DNA of 64,000 nucleotides from Octopus vulgaris (lineage: Eukaryota). The stretch covers positions 31,868,001 to 31,932,000 of the forward strand of contig OX597838.1 in the NCBI GenBank assembly GCA_951406725.2. Reading direction: 5' to 3'. Shown one piece after another: positions 26,506 through 38,753 of the stretch. A program made the position numbers and the translations under genes. Each line of letters starts with the position of its first letter. The stretch's first letter is position 1. Below the pieces are notes generated by a model that saw only the letters and a list, made by a program, of their open reading frames with translations, was not told where the DNA came from and did not search any database.

Positions 26506-27084
26506 GTAAGCTGATTTTGTTTAGGATGTTTGTTTTGTACACCAGTCTTCTTTTGAACCACAGTTTAATTATGTGGGAAGAAAGAAATAGAAAAAGAAAA
26601 AAAAAGTGGGGAATAGGCGCAGGAGTGGCTGTGTGGTAAGTAGCTTGTTTACCAACCACATGGTTCCAGGTTCAGTCCCACTGCGTGGCATCTTGGGCAA
26701 GTGTCTTCTACAATAGCCTTGGGCCGACCAAAGCCTTGTGAGTGGATTTGGTTGACGGAAACTGAAAGAAGCCCGTCGTATATATGTATATATATGCGTG
26801 TGTGTGTTTGTGTGTCTATGTTTGTCCCCCTAGCATTGCTTGACAACCGATGCTGGTGTGTTTATGTCCCCATTACCTAGCGGTTCAGCAAAAGAGACCG
26901 ATAGAATAAGTACTGGGCTTACAAAAAGAATAAGTCCCGGGGTCGAGTTGCTCGATTAAAAAGGCGGTACTCCAGCATGGCCGCAGTCAACTGACTGAAA
27001 CAAGTAAAAGAGTAAAAGAGAAATAGATTAAGCAGCAGAAGGTGGAGGGGACAATGGCCCACACATCCCAGAATAAATGGTGTA

Positions 27085-27350
27085 CTCAGTTAAACTCCAT
27101 GCTCATGGCTACATTGGCATTACCATGGAGAATAGCCAGTGACACTTGCTGTAACAGCCTCTCTGCCTTGCAGGGCTCATTTCTCAGATGAAACACTGTT
27201 ATTCCAATTTTGTGGAGGAAATCAGTAGTGTAGGGTCTGGGATCATCTAAAGTCTCAATGGCAACCAGCATAAACAGACAGCAGCTGCTCGGGTCCCTGT
27301 ATTTATTTATTAGTCTCTCTTCTGCGTTATGGGTGGTGATACCCAAGTTT
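27085..27350 (-). mobile_element. CRE-like non-LTR retrotransposon RLE remnant
   Basis: AEER..NKY...VAIETL...FL..IG...LLQQVSLAILHGNA resembles the CRE C-terminal motif. Confidence 0.65.
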
Positions 27351-28439
27351 GCAGCTGATGCAGCAAGGGTGGAGCCAGAGAAAGTGATGACAAAACAATG
27401 ATGATGATGATGATGGGAGTAGCTGTGATGGTGATGGCTGTGGTGTCGGTAGTAGTAGGAATAATAGTGATTGTGATTGTGACAATGGTGATGATGATAA
27501 TTGTGATGATGATAGTGGTGTTGGTGGTGATGGAAGTGATGATCGGGGTGTTGGTGATGAAAGCAATGATGATAATAGTAGTCATGATGACAATGATGGT
27601 GGTTGTAATTATGATGACAACGATGATGATGGTGACTGGTGTAAAAGAGGTGAAGATCACAACATTTAATTTTGTTTGTCTAGAATTTAAGTTCAAATCC
27701 TATATCACATTTGTAGTATTATCATCATCATTGTTCGACCGTGGTCGAGACAATGGAATTTAACATGCTACGCCAGACTTCATGGTCCATCATAGCATTA
27801 TGGAGGTCCTGCTGCTGGATGCCTGTATCCCTGGAGATTACATCAGGGTAGGAGAGTGTGCGCCCTCTGGTATTGCGAATAGATGGCTTCCAGAGGAGAA
27901 GAGTAGAAATTGCCTCGTCTTCAGCTCTACAACAATGTCCAGCAAACTGGACTCTCCTACCTTTAACTATTACTTCTGTACAAGGGGCAGTAGTAGGGAT
28001 GATAATATTAACAATGAGGATGGTAATGATGATCACCTAGACATTTTGTGGATGGTATAATCAATTCTCCTACCCTGATGTAATCTCCAGGGATACAGGC
28101 ATCCAGCAGCAGGACCTCCGTAATGCCTTGATGGACCGTGAAGTCTGGCGTAGCATGGTAAATTCCATTGTCTCGACCACGGTCGAACAATGATGATGAT
28201 GATAATCAATTTAATCTAACCCAGTACATGACTGGTACTTTATTCATCTCCCCAGACTGTCCTTGGTGACTGCATCACTACCATTTTTACCACTTCACCT
28301 CATTTGCCCATCGGCGTTTCCTATATCCTCTTTTCCCAGCTGGCATGGGTTAGATGATTTTTCTGAAGCAGTGTTTTATAGCTGGATGCTCTTCCTGTTG
28401 CCAATCCTTTCATTCAGCTCTTATCACATATAGGGATGT

Positions 28440-28724
28440 GATCACATGACCGACCAGACCATCAGATGTTGCTACACATCGCTGGTCACAATGCGTTCGC
28501 ATTGTTTTAGCCTTCAAACGATGCCACTCCGCTGGCTAAGCAAGCAGGCCAACAGAAGAAAGAGTGGTGAAAGAGTACAGCAGGGATCACCACCCCCTGC
28601 CGGAGCTTCGTGGAGCTTTTATGTGTTTTCGCTCAATAAACACACACAACGCCCGGTCTGGGAATCAAAACCGCGATCCTACGACTGCGAGTCTGCTGCC
28701 CTAACCACTGGGCCATTACGCCTC
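28440..28724 (-). mobile_element. tRNA-derived SINE with a perfect 15-bp TSD; related element at ~10585-10880(-)
   Basis: TSD CACATATAGGGATGT at 28425-28439 and 28725-28739; tRNA-like head TGGCCCAGTGGTTAGGGC...GGTTTTGATTCCC. Confidence 0.9.
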
Positions 28725-28886
28725 CACATATAGGGATGTAACGTTTGCATTCTAAAATTGTGATACCCATAATAAAGTTCACCTCTTTTAATTTTTAGTA
28801 ATAACACCTATCAACAATTACTGCTGTTGCTGTTATTTATTTCAAAATGTGTCTCTTCAAATATCGATAGAAAATTTTGGTCATGA

Positions 28887-29003
<117 letters not shown>

Positions 29004-29439
29004 TGAGTATCCTGTGTTTGACTTCTTTCCATTGGTGTACGTGGAGTCTTTACCGGCTAGAAATAGCAACTAAATTTAAACTATGCATTACCTTCTTTTG
29101 AAAAAAAGGGCACGTTGGATAATATAATGTTGGATTTATTGTCTAATATTGGATGAGATGGTCATGGCTGGTATACTTTGACTATAGGCCTGCTTGATCA
29201 GAGCTGATCAGGGGTTGAACAACAACTTGCTAATTCAGTAGTAACACACATTTAAAAGAAAATTCTCTAATTTTTATAATTGTTTATATGGTTGGTGCTC
29301 CAGCCTGACATTTCCTGGATTGACTAAACCAAACTAAAAAAACAAAAACTATGTAATTTTAAAAAATATGTAATTTAGTGTTTGTAATATCACATTAAGT
29401 TTCCTGTTTCAAGATTTTCCTAAAAGAATATGAATTATT

Positions 29440-29808
29440 AGCAATAATAAATCTCTGAACGAGGTATAAACAGTAACTGCACGACCAATGTGAGGTATAT
29501 TTTCCATCTCAATATGGCTAACCACTAAGGTTGGGTGTTATTGTAGCTTGTAGCCCCAAGAGAGCACCATCTCCAGCTGGCTATAGGCACACTTTCTGTG
29601 CCCTAACGGTATTTGCAAAGATCCAGAAACTGCAGTCCGTGTGTATCACTTAGGTTGATGAGGGAAGAATGACCTCCCTTTGCAAATACCATAAGGGCAC
29701 AGAAAGTGTGCCTAAAGCCAGCTGGAGACGATGCTCTCCTGGGGCTATAAGCTACAGTAACACCCACCCTTAGTGGTTAGCCATATTGAGATGGCAAATA
29801 TACCTCAC
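29440..29808. mobile_element. Foldback insertion, probably Penelope-like element (PLE) derived, with a hammerhead 3' half in the loop
   Basis: ~132-bp arms 29489-29620 / 29678-29809; 13-bp TSD AATATGAATTATT; GAAAC-TGCA-GTC at 29626-29637. Confidence 0.75.
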
Positions 29809-30103
29809 AATATGAATTATTGTCATATTTAAATTTCGATGCTATTCATAGCAGATCACAAAAACCGTAGAAATTTCACCATTGATTCACGAAATGGATT
29901 TTTAAACACCTGCCACACCTTCTGATCACACCTGTCACCTGAGGTGATCTCATTCCCAGTCTACTCTCCTGCCCCCTAAATTTGATGTTCCAAGTTTCTG
30001 TTAAAATAAATTTAATTCCTTGGCTATTATCTGTAAAGTTTATAACCAAAATCATTTCTTTATACATTCTCTCTCTTCGTCTCTCTCCATTTCTCTCTTG
30101 TAG

Positions 30104-30197
30104 CGTCCGACTAGAATGGATGTGTCTAGGAGACCCAAATGACCACCATTCTGTCATGCCTTGTGCCCCCGACAAAGTTCCAGACTATTCCATGGAA
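30104..30197 (+). CDS. BLTP2: BLTP2 exon 16: [32 protein letters not shown]
   Basis: ttgtag| ... |gtaagt, phase 2-0; W.C.G.P.DHHSV motif. Confidence 0.97.
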
Positions 30198-30973
30198 GTA
30201 AGTAAATTCATTCATTCTTTGACTGTATTCTAAAGGAATTTTTGGTTTAAATCTCCTAGATATCTTTTACCCTTAACCTTTTCCTAACCATATTTGTATC
30301 CTAAAGGGATAAGTACAAATTTCTTACATGTATTGTATCCCTTAACCCTAAGTCATCTAAGGACAAGCCTTCTTTTCTGCCCCAGAGTAATGGAGGTAGA
30401 CTTTCAAACATTCCAAAACCTTTTCTTGGTTTGAAAAACGAACGAACAAAACAGAATTTATTTTCCACAATGTATTCCTGGAAGAAAATATTTTTTTAAG
30501 CTCTGTGAAAATGTGTCTACAACAAATATAGATAACAACAACAACAAAGATGCTGCTGCTGCTGCTGATGATGATGCTGAACAGTTTTAAATCCCACCAT
30601 CCGATCGTGGCCGTTGCTAGCCTTGCCTGGCCCCCGAGCCAGTGGCACGTAAAAAGCACCATCCGATCGTGGCCGTTTGCCAGCCTCGCCTGGCCCCCGT
30701 GCTGGTGGCACGTAAAAAGCACCATCCGATCGTGGTCGTTTGTCAGCCTCCTCTGGCACCTGTGCCGGTGGCGCATAAAAAACACCCACTACACTCACAG
30801 AGTGGTTGGCATTAAGAAGGGCATCCAGCTGTAGAAACATTGCCAGATCAGACTGGGCCTGGTGCAGCCTTCTGGCTTCCCAGACCCCAGTTGAACCCTC
30901 CAACCCATGCTAGCATGGAAAGCGGACGTTAAACGATGATGATGATGATGATGATGTGTTTCTCTTCTTTTAG

Positions 30974-31117
30974 GCACATGACTCTTTCAAAGGATTCCGT
31001 TCCCAACATTTAAACTTGAACATCACACTGGAGACCAAACCCTCTGCTGACAATCCTGGTGATATCCCCATTTGTCTGTTTTTTGCTAGTACTCTCAGGT
31101 TTATGGACCGAATCAAG
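30974..31117 (+). CDS. BLTP2: BLTP2 exon 17: AHDSFKGFRSQHLNLNITLETK...LFFASTLRFMDRIK
   Basis: ttttag| ... AAG|gtaagc, phase 0-0; HDS...FRS..LNL and STLR motifs. Confidence 0.97.
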
Positions 31118-32554
31118 GTAAGCTATGACACAAACTTCCTACTTAAACTGATCGGAATTTGAACCTTCCATCAAAATTTCATCTTAATTTATGTTCAAGT
31201 ACCATGTCGATAACAACAAAGTTATTTTACTAAATTCTTCATTATTTTCCAAAATTTAGCAGAAATATGCTAACGAAAGGGTTAATAGCACTAGTGATGT
31301 TTTTATATATTAACTAGCAGTATCACCCGGCGTTGCTCGGGTTTGTAAGGGAAATAACTATATAAGCATTTTTAGAGAGTTACTTCCCTTATATAATAGC
31401 AAAAAAATGGGAAAAAATGATGGTAAATTTTTTTTAAATCGTAGACTCATCGTAGACGCGCCCTAATACTCAGAAGGGTTCGATATGAATCATGACTATA
31501 AAATACCCGCTTTTGGTTAAACTGCACCGCAAAATGTGGGAGTAGTTAGGAATCTAAATCGTAGGAGACAGTCACTCACACAACTTCACTTTTATATATA
31601 AAGTTGATGAACTGGAGCCAAATTTGTACAATTTACCCCCATGAATGGTTATGTGATGAAAAGGTTGTTGAGTATGTCTAGTCTGGACAAATAGTAGTGT
31701 CTTCATGCTTATAGGGACAGGTTAGTGTAAATAAATTTTCATAGGGATTAAATTTGGCTGATGTGGAGAAATAAGCCTTGTCTTTGTATTATAGCTGGGA
31801 GCTGGCTTGCGTGGAACCTTGTATTCCTAGGAGTTGGGGTTTGCTGGTCTGGGTATTGAAATATTAAACCAGGTACACAGGTTGATGTCTCAATTTGAAT
31901 TTCTAAAATTTTTGGGTTATATGATTTAATATGATATAATGAAATTATTGTATACAGTGCTCAGGTGCACCACAACTTGTCAGAAAGTGCATATAAAGTA
32001 CATGCAGTAATGTAGAAATGTCTGGAAAGCGAACAACCCCTCTCTCTCTCTCTCACTCTCTCTCTCTCTCTTACATCTATAGTGGAGAAAGTATTAGAAT
32101 GCAATCAACATTCCTTTAATATTTTTCATGTGCAGCATAAAAAGTGGGGGTGTCTCCTGGCAGACAGTTTCGAGTTTGTCGGAAGCTCCTCTGAGAATAT
32201 CTACTTGATTTCCTTTGTTAAATGATAGCATAGAATATTCATTTACTATATCAAGCATATTTACCATTTTTCTGTGACTTATCATTAATTAAATTATATA
32301 TGCACAACACAGTGTTAATCAGGATTGAAATAATTATAAATATTAGATAGCCTACTAGTAGTGAGAGGAGATTATAAGAAGATAAACAGGTTCCTTCAAT
32401 GTTTTCAATGTACAAATGTACAGAAAAAAATTGAAGTGAGTCTCCCGATGGACTGTTTCACAGTTTGTTGACGGCTCCTCAGAGAATGAATGAGTGTGCG
32501 CGTGCACACACACACACACACACACATGTTAACATGCTCTTGTATTCTTTTCAG

Positions 32555-32646
32555 CTGTGTCTTAGTCGAGTGACCAGACCAATTAAGCGAGGAATTCTGT
32601 TCCAAAACACAAATCCTAAGAAACCACAGCTAAGCAGACATTACAA
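32555..32646 (+). CDS. BLTP2: BLTP2 exon 18: LCLSRVTRPIKRGILFQNTNPKKPQLSRHY
   Basis: tttcag| ... |gtaagt, phase 0-2; VTRPI.RG.LF motif. Confidence 0.97.
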
Positions 32647-33058
32647 GTAAGTGCCAGAAATACTTTAACGTTAACCTTCCACGATACCATGAGAAATTTT
32701 GGTTGTTTTTGATGTGTTGTTTGGGGGGTCTTCATAGTTAAAGGTGGGACCTCGAGGTTATTGGCCTCATAGGATTTGTTGTAGCTGTTTATAGGTTGCC
32801 ATATCTATTCATATTGTGTGTATGTGTGTGTATGTGTAGTGATTAAATAAGGAAAACAAAACCTAATCATCTAATTACTTCTATTAGATAGCGTAGGAGT
32901 GGCTGTGTGGTAAGTTGCTTGCTTACGAACCACATGGTTCCGGGTTCAGTCCCACTGCATGGCATCTTGGGCAAGTGTCTTCTACTATAGCCTCGGGCCG
33001 ACCAAAGCCTTGTGAGTGGATTTGGTAGACGGTAACTGAAAGAAGCCCGTCGTATATA

Positions 33059-33116
<58 letters not shown>

Positions 33117-33954
33117 CATATGTTTGAGTGTCTGTGTTTGTCCCCCCAACATCGCTTGACAACCAATGCTGGTGTGTTTATGTCCCCGTAACTTAGCGGT
33201 TCGGCAAAAGAGACTGATAGATTAAGTACTAGGCTTACAAAGAATAAGTCCTGGGGTCGATTTGCTCAACTAAAGGTGGTGCTCCAGCATGGCCGCAGTC
33301 AAATGACTGAAACAAATAAAAGAGTAAAAGAGTATATGTAAATTTCAGCCATGCATTTATTGAAAAATGCGGTTTTTGCACTGTGCAACAGCCAGGACAA
33401 GGCTAGTGTGAGCACTCATTTGGCTCTATAAGTATTCATGGTCGCAAAGCATGGACTGAATAGAATGTAATCAATGTGTTTGAAATGTGGGTGTTAAGGA
33501 GAATGTTATGAGTCTCTTATTGGGATCATTGGACAAATAGATGTGCGTTTCTACAGGTAGGTGAAAGACAACAACACCTGAACATTGTGAAAAAAAAAAA
33601 AAGTAGAAACAAACGTTGACATATTATGGGCATATTTGAAGAAGCCGAGGTCTGGAAAATATTACCATGAAAGGAAGAGTAGAGGGTAGAAGATCAAGAG
33701 GGAGGTAAAGAATGTAATGAATGGGGAGGCCATTGGAGAACTTATACTCTTTTACTCTTTTACTTGTTTCAGTCATTTGACTGCGGCCATGCTGGAGCAC
33801 CGCCTTTAGTCGAGCAAATCGACCCCGGGACTTATTCTTTGTAAGCCCAGTACTTATTCTATCGGTCTCTTTTGCCGAACCGCTAAGTGACGGGGGCGTA
33901 AACACACCAGCATCAGTTGTCAAGCAATGCTAGGGGACAAACACAGACACACAA

Positions 33955-34022
<68 letters not shown>

Positions 34023-35161
34023 GACAGGCTTCTTTCAGTTTCCGTCTACCAAATCCACTCAAGGCATTGGTCAGCCTGGGGCTATAGCAGAAGACACTTG
34101 CCCAAGATGCCACACAGTGGGACTGAACCCGGAACCATGTGGTTGGTTAGCAAGCTACTTACCACACAGCCACTCCTATATTTTATATTTATATTTTATC
34201 TAGTTTCAGCTCATGAGCTGTGGCCATGCTGGGGCACTGCCATTCGGTGTTGCTACATGATTTTACTTCACGAATGCTTTTTAGCAGTTGCCATTTGGTG
34301 CATGAGAGAGTTCTTGGGAAGATTTTTGTGACATCAATGTGCTTACAGGCACACAGTACATGATGATGATGATGATATAAAGAATGAAGTCATTAGATGA
34401 ACCATTGTATTTTTACTCTATGGCCATTGCAGTCTGTATATACATACATCCTGTGACAGCATGTTGTATCTACTTGTTAGTTACTTATGTCTTATTATGT
34501 AGCCCCTACCTTTACAAAAATATTATCATAATAGGGGCAGGAGTGGCTGTGTAGTAATAATAATAATAGTGAAATTATTGTATACAGTGCTCAGGTGCAC
34601 CACAACTTGTCAGAAAGTGTGTATAGAGTATATGCAGTAATGTACAAATGTCTGGAAAGCGAACAATGTATGAGTCAGATACATGCTTGTGTGTGTATAT
34701 GGTAAGTAACTTGCTTACCAACCACATGGTTCCGGGTTCAGTCCCACTGCGTGGCACCTTGGGCAAGTGTCTTCTACTATAGCCTCGGGCCTTCCAAAGC
34801 CTTGTGAGTGGATTTGGTAGACGGAAACTGAAAGAAGCCTGTCATGTGTATGTATATATATATATATGTGTGTGTGTATATGTTTGTGTCTGTGTTTGTC
34901 CCCCTCAACATCACGTGACAACCGATGCTGGTGTGTTTACGGCCCCGTAACTTAACAGCTCGGCAAAAGAGACTAATAGAATAAGTACTAGGCTTACAAA
35001 GAATAAGTCCTGGGGTCGATTTGCTTGACTAAAGTTAGTGCTCCTACATGGCCACAGTCAAATCACTGAAACAAGTAAAAGAGAATACTTACTGGGTGGG
35101 GTGTGGTACCCCCCGTACCTTAAGAAATGCTGATCCCTGATGTGTTGTGTTTTTGTTCCAG

Positions 35162-35408
35162 ACAAGTGAAGATGTCAGTGAATTTCCCTCAGTTCTCCAT
35201 CTGCTACTGGATGTCCTACTCTAAACAACATGGTGTCGAAATGCACAGCAGGTCTTTCAATCTGGAGCTTTGCAATGAATTGCTGCTGCTACGTGCCGAT
35301 GATGGACTGATTCACAGACCACAGTCCAGCTGGGGCATCCGTTATTTAACATGTGAACTATCAACTACAAAACTGTGGCTGTGCAGTGTACCATCTGCTA
35401 CAGAACAG
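35162..35408 (+). CDS. BLTP2: BLTP2 exon 19: KQVKMSVNFPQFSICYWMSYSKQHG...LWLCSVPSATEQ
   Basis: ttccag| ... CAG|gtaaag, phase 2-0; FPQ....YW.S motif. Confidence 0.95.
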
Positions 35409-35529
35409 GTAAAGACACACAGCTTTCTCTTTGCTTTAATGCTATAATAATAATAATAATAATTGACGACTGATTGTTCTTCTGTGTGTCTCCTTTTGTC
35501 TCCCTTTGTTTCAGAATAATATTCGTTAA

Positions 35530-35820
35530 TTCTGTTGTGTCTGGGGAGAGTCATTCTCATTTAGTACCTTATTATTTAACACACTCACCGGTAAAATTTC
35601 CACTTATTTCGTCTTTTTATTTTCCTAAAATTTTCCTAAAATTTTCGTTGCGTCTTGCAACCTTTTCAATAGTCTTGAAAGACGAAATAAGTGGAAATTT
35701 TACCGATGAGTGTGTTAAATAATAAGCTACTAAATGAGAATGACTCTCCCCAGACACAACAGAATATGCTTCAACACGCGAACTCATATAAAGAATCTTG
35801 CAAACCAAATCCAAAAACGA
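35530..35820. mobile_element. Foldback insertion (PLE-like); same family at 46089-46352
   Basis: ~87-bp arms 35530-35616 / 35678-35764; TSD AATATT(C/A)GTTAA at 35518-35529 and 35821-35832. Confidence 0.8.
35635..35672 (-). ncRNA. Minimal type I hammerhead-like motif, U3-A8 core variant
   Basis: CTA-TTGAAAA-G-GTTGC-aagac-GCAAC-GAAA-AT-TT-TAG; perfect 5-bp stem II, stem I only 3 bp. Confidence 0.6.
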
Positions 35821-35875
35821 AATATTAGTTAAGGGATATTAGAATCTTTTTCTCAGTATCATAGGGAATACACAT

Positions 35876-35911
<36 letters not shown>

Positions 35912-36995
35912 ACACACACACACACACAAGGTCTGATTAAAAAGTATGGAGACTGGTGCCATAAAAAGAGAACTACAGCACATATCAATTTGGCATTTAA
36001 TCTCCTTCTGAAGCCATACATTTTATCCAATGTTGCTTTCATTGATCATGATGATGATCATCATTATCGTTTAGCGTCTGCTTTCTATGCTAGCATGGGT
36101 TGGACGGTTTGACTGGGGTCTGGGAAGCCAGAAGGCTGCACCAGGCCCAGTCTGATCTGGCAATGTTTCTACGGCTGGATGCCCTTCCTAACGCTAACCA
36201 CTCCGAGAGTGTGGTAGGTGCTTTTTACATGCCAGACGAGGCTGGCAAACGGTCACGATCGGATGGTGCTTTTTACGTGCCACCGACACGGAGGCTAGGC
36301 GAGGCTGGCAACGGCCACGATCGGATGGTGCTTTTTACGTGCCACCGGCACGGGACCAGTCGGGGCGGCGCTGGCAACGGCCACGTTCGGATGGTTCTCT
36401 TACGTACCACCAGCACTGATATCACAACTACAATTTCCATTGATGTTGATCGATTTTGATTTGGATGGATTTTGGATTTTCACTTGCCTCAACAGGTCTT
36501 CACAAGTAGGGTCTTCGTGTATTTTCTTTCTCACATACTTTAAAACAGTCACACACTCACATGTAGAAATTAGGCTCTCACCGCAAATTATATATTGGAA
36601 TTGTGGGTTGTAGTAGTAGTGGTGGGAGGAGGGGTTTAGAAGAATCTGATATTCTCTGTGCCACTACTTAACGCCAGTATAACACCAAGGGAGGTAACTT
36701 GTCTCTATTGCCCATTTATGGGAGACAACTCTGATATTTACAACATTGATATATAATTTTATAACTGAATTAAGTTTCTAAAACAAAATGGTATAAAATA
36801 TTGTAAATACCAGTACTTTAACTTTGTATCAATCGATTTACGGGTGACCGTATTACCAATTTTATTTCAGAACACCTACCAATCTTTCTTTCATTATTTA
36901 AATATATTTTTCTGATATTTTTCTTTCAACTGTTCTGTTTGTTGTTTTTAGAAGAAAATTGGTTTAATTATGCAGCATAGCAGGACAAGTAGAAC

Positions 36996-37031
<36 letters not shown>

Positions 37032-37225
37032 AAAGGACACTGTACACGTTTTTAAGTAATGATAATAGTTTCATATGTTGAGAAATACCTCAAACATATT
37101 CATCAGGCACAAACCACATAATATAACGAACTAAAAAATTGAATAAGAAAAGAAATGTAAATAGCTGAGAAGGAAGCATATATAAAATGCAAAAGGTTTT
37201 AAAACAGAATATGAAAAAGTGGTTT

Positions 37226-37282
37226 GTGTCTGATGAATATATATATGAGGTGTTTCTCAACATATGAAACTACTAGTAGCAC
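37226..37282 (+). ncRNA. Type I hammerhead ribozyme motif with canonical core; decayed inverted copy at ~37058-37110(-)
   Basis: GTGT-CTGATGA-ATAT...ATAT-GAAAC-tacta-GTA-GCAC. Confidence 0.7.
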
Positions 37283-37371
37283 TTAAAGACATGTATTGTG
37301 AACTTTAAATATTTGTCTCTCACCAGATAGAGTACTTTTTTTGTTGATCTTTCTATCACAGAACAGTACAT

Positions 37372-37424
<53 letters not shown>

Positions 37425-37522
37425 CTAATGTAGGATAACATTTTTTCGAAAAAAATTCTTTTCAAAAAAATTTTATCAATGGTCAGCATATTAAAAAATA
37501 CCTCTAAAGGTTAAAATTATAA

Positions 37523-37867
37523 ACAATTCATAAATAAGGGCAAACAAAAAAAATTTCTAATGCCAAATATGCCGAAAAATTGGACATATTGACCATTAAC
37601 CATATAATTTTTTCACAATATGCACACTACTCGAAAAAAGGTGGACAGAAATTTCTAAAAAATTCCATTATTACCATATCGGACTGATTTCAGGGTTAGC
37701 TTATAACAGCCCTCCCATCGTCAGGTATTTTCTAGAAATTTCTGTCCACCTTTTTTCGAGTAGCATGCGTATTGTGAAAAAATTATATGGTTAATGGACA
37801 ATATGTCCAATTTTTCTGCATATTTGGAATTAGAAATTTTTTTCGTTTGCCCTTATTTATGAATTGT
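37523..37867. mobile_element. Foldback insertion with a hammerhead core in the loop (minus strand, 37682-37724)
   Basis: ~139-bp arms; loop reverse complement reads CTGACGA-tGGGagGGCTgttataAGCTaaCCCt-GAAA-tca-GTC. Confidence 0.75.
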
Positions 37868-38111
37868 ATATATATATATATATATACACATCCACCAATA
37901 TAGCAAGAACAGATGAAATTCCTGCATATATATATATACAGCATCATGGGGCAGATTAAATTGCATAAATATTCTCTATTATATACTTTTGCTGTCCTCA
38001 AGCACAGTCCTCCAACATAGCAGGAGCATCACTCCTACCTTCAACGTTTATGACTAGAATTAAATGAGGACATCAAATTATTAACTGCTAAGCTTTAGAG
38101 CCTAAATTGAT

Positions 38112-38153
<42 letters not shown>

Positions 38154-38753
38154 GGGTCTAACAAATCTTAAAGCTCGCGAGTAGATTTGCTAGATGGAAA
38201 CTGAGAGAAGCCCATCATATATATATATGTGTGTGTGTGTGTGTGTATTGTGTGTAATCCTTGTCTAGACAGCACATGTTGTTGTAAATGAGCATCATTG
38301 TCATACAAGTGAGGTTGTTCATTTCTAGTCTTCTGTGAAAAACAAGTCTACCCTGCTTTGAAACGGGTGAAGGTTGGTGATAGGAAGAGCATCCAGCCAT
38401 AGAAAATCTTCCTCAACAAATTCCATCTGGTCCATGCAAACACAGAAAAGTGGGCATTAAATGATGGCAATGATGATGATGATGATGCTACATGTGAGTG
38501 TGTGTGTGTACACATACACATCCATATAAATCTACACTCACACACATACTTTCACATGTATGTGCATAGATATATGAAAATTTGTGTAGTTTCCTTTGTA
38601 TTGTTTCTTCCCATAGCAACATGGTGTTGCTTAGATTTGAAATCTCTATGTTTACTGGACATGTAGGTACGAGCCAAGATAAAGAGGCGTGTGTGTGTGT
38701 GTCATGTAATATACACAGTTTACAAAAGAGCTACAAATAGTTTCATAGTTTAA

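Noticed and set aside
28650-28724. tRNA gene
   Set aside because: It is the tRNA-like head of a TSD-flanked SINE and continues into the SINE body.
30595-30790. Regular ~60-nt repeats as a CRISPR-like array
   Set aside because: The whole unit repeats with no unique spacers; it is an internal SINE tandem in eukaryotic DNA.
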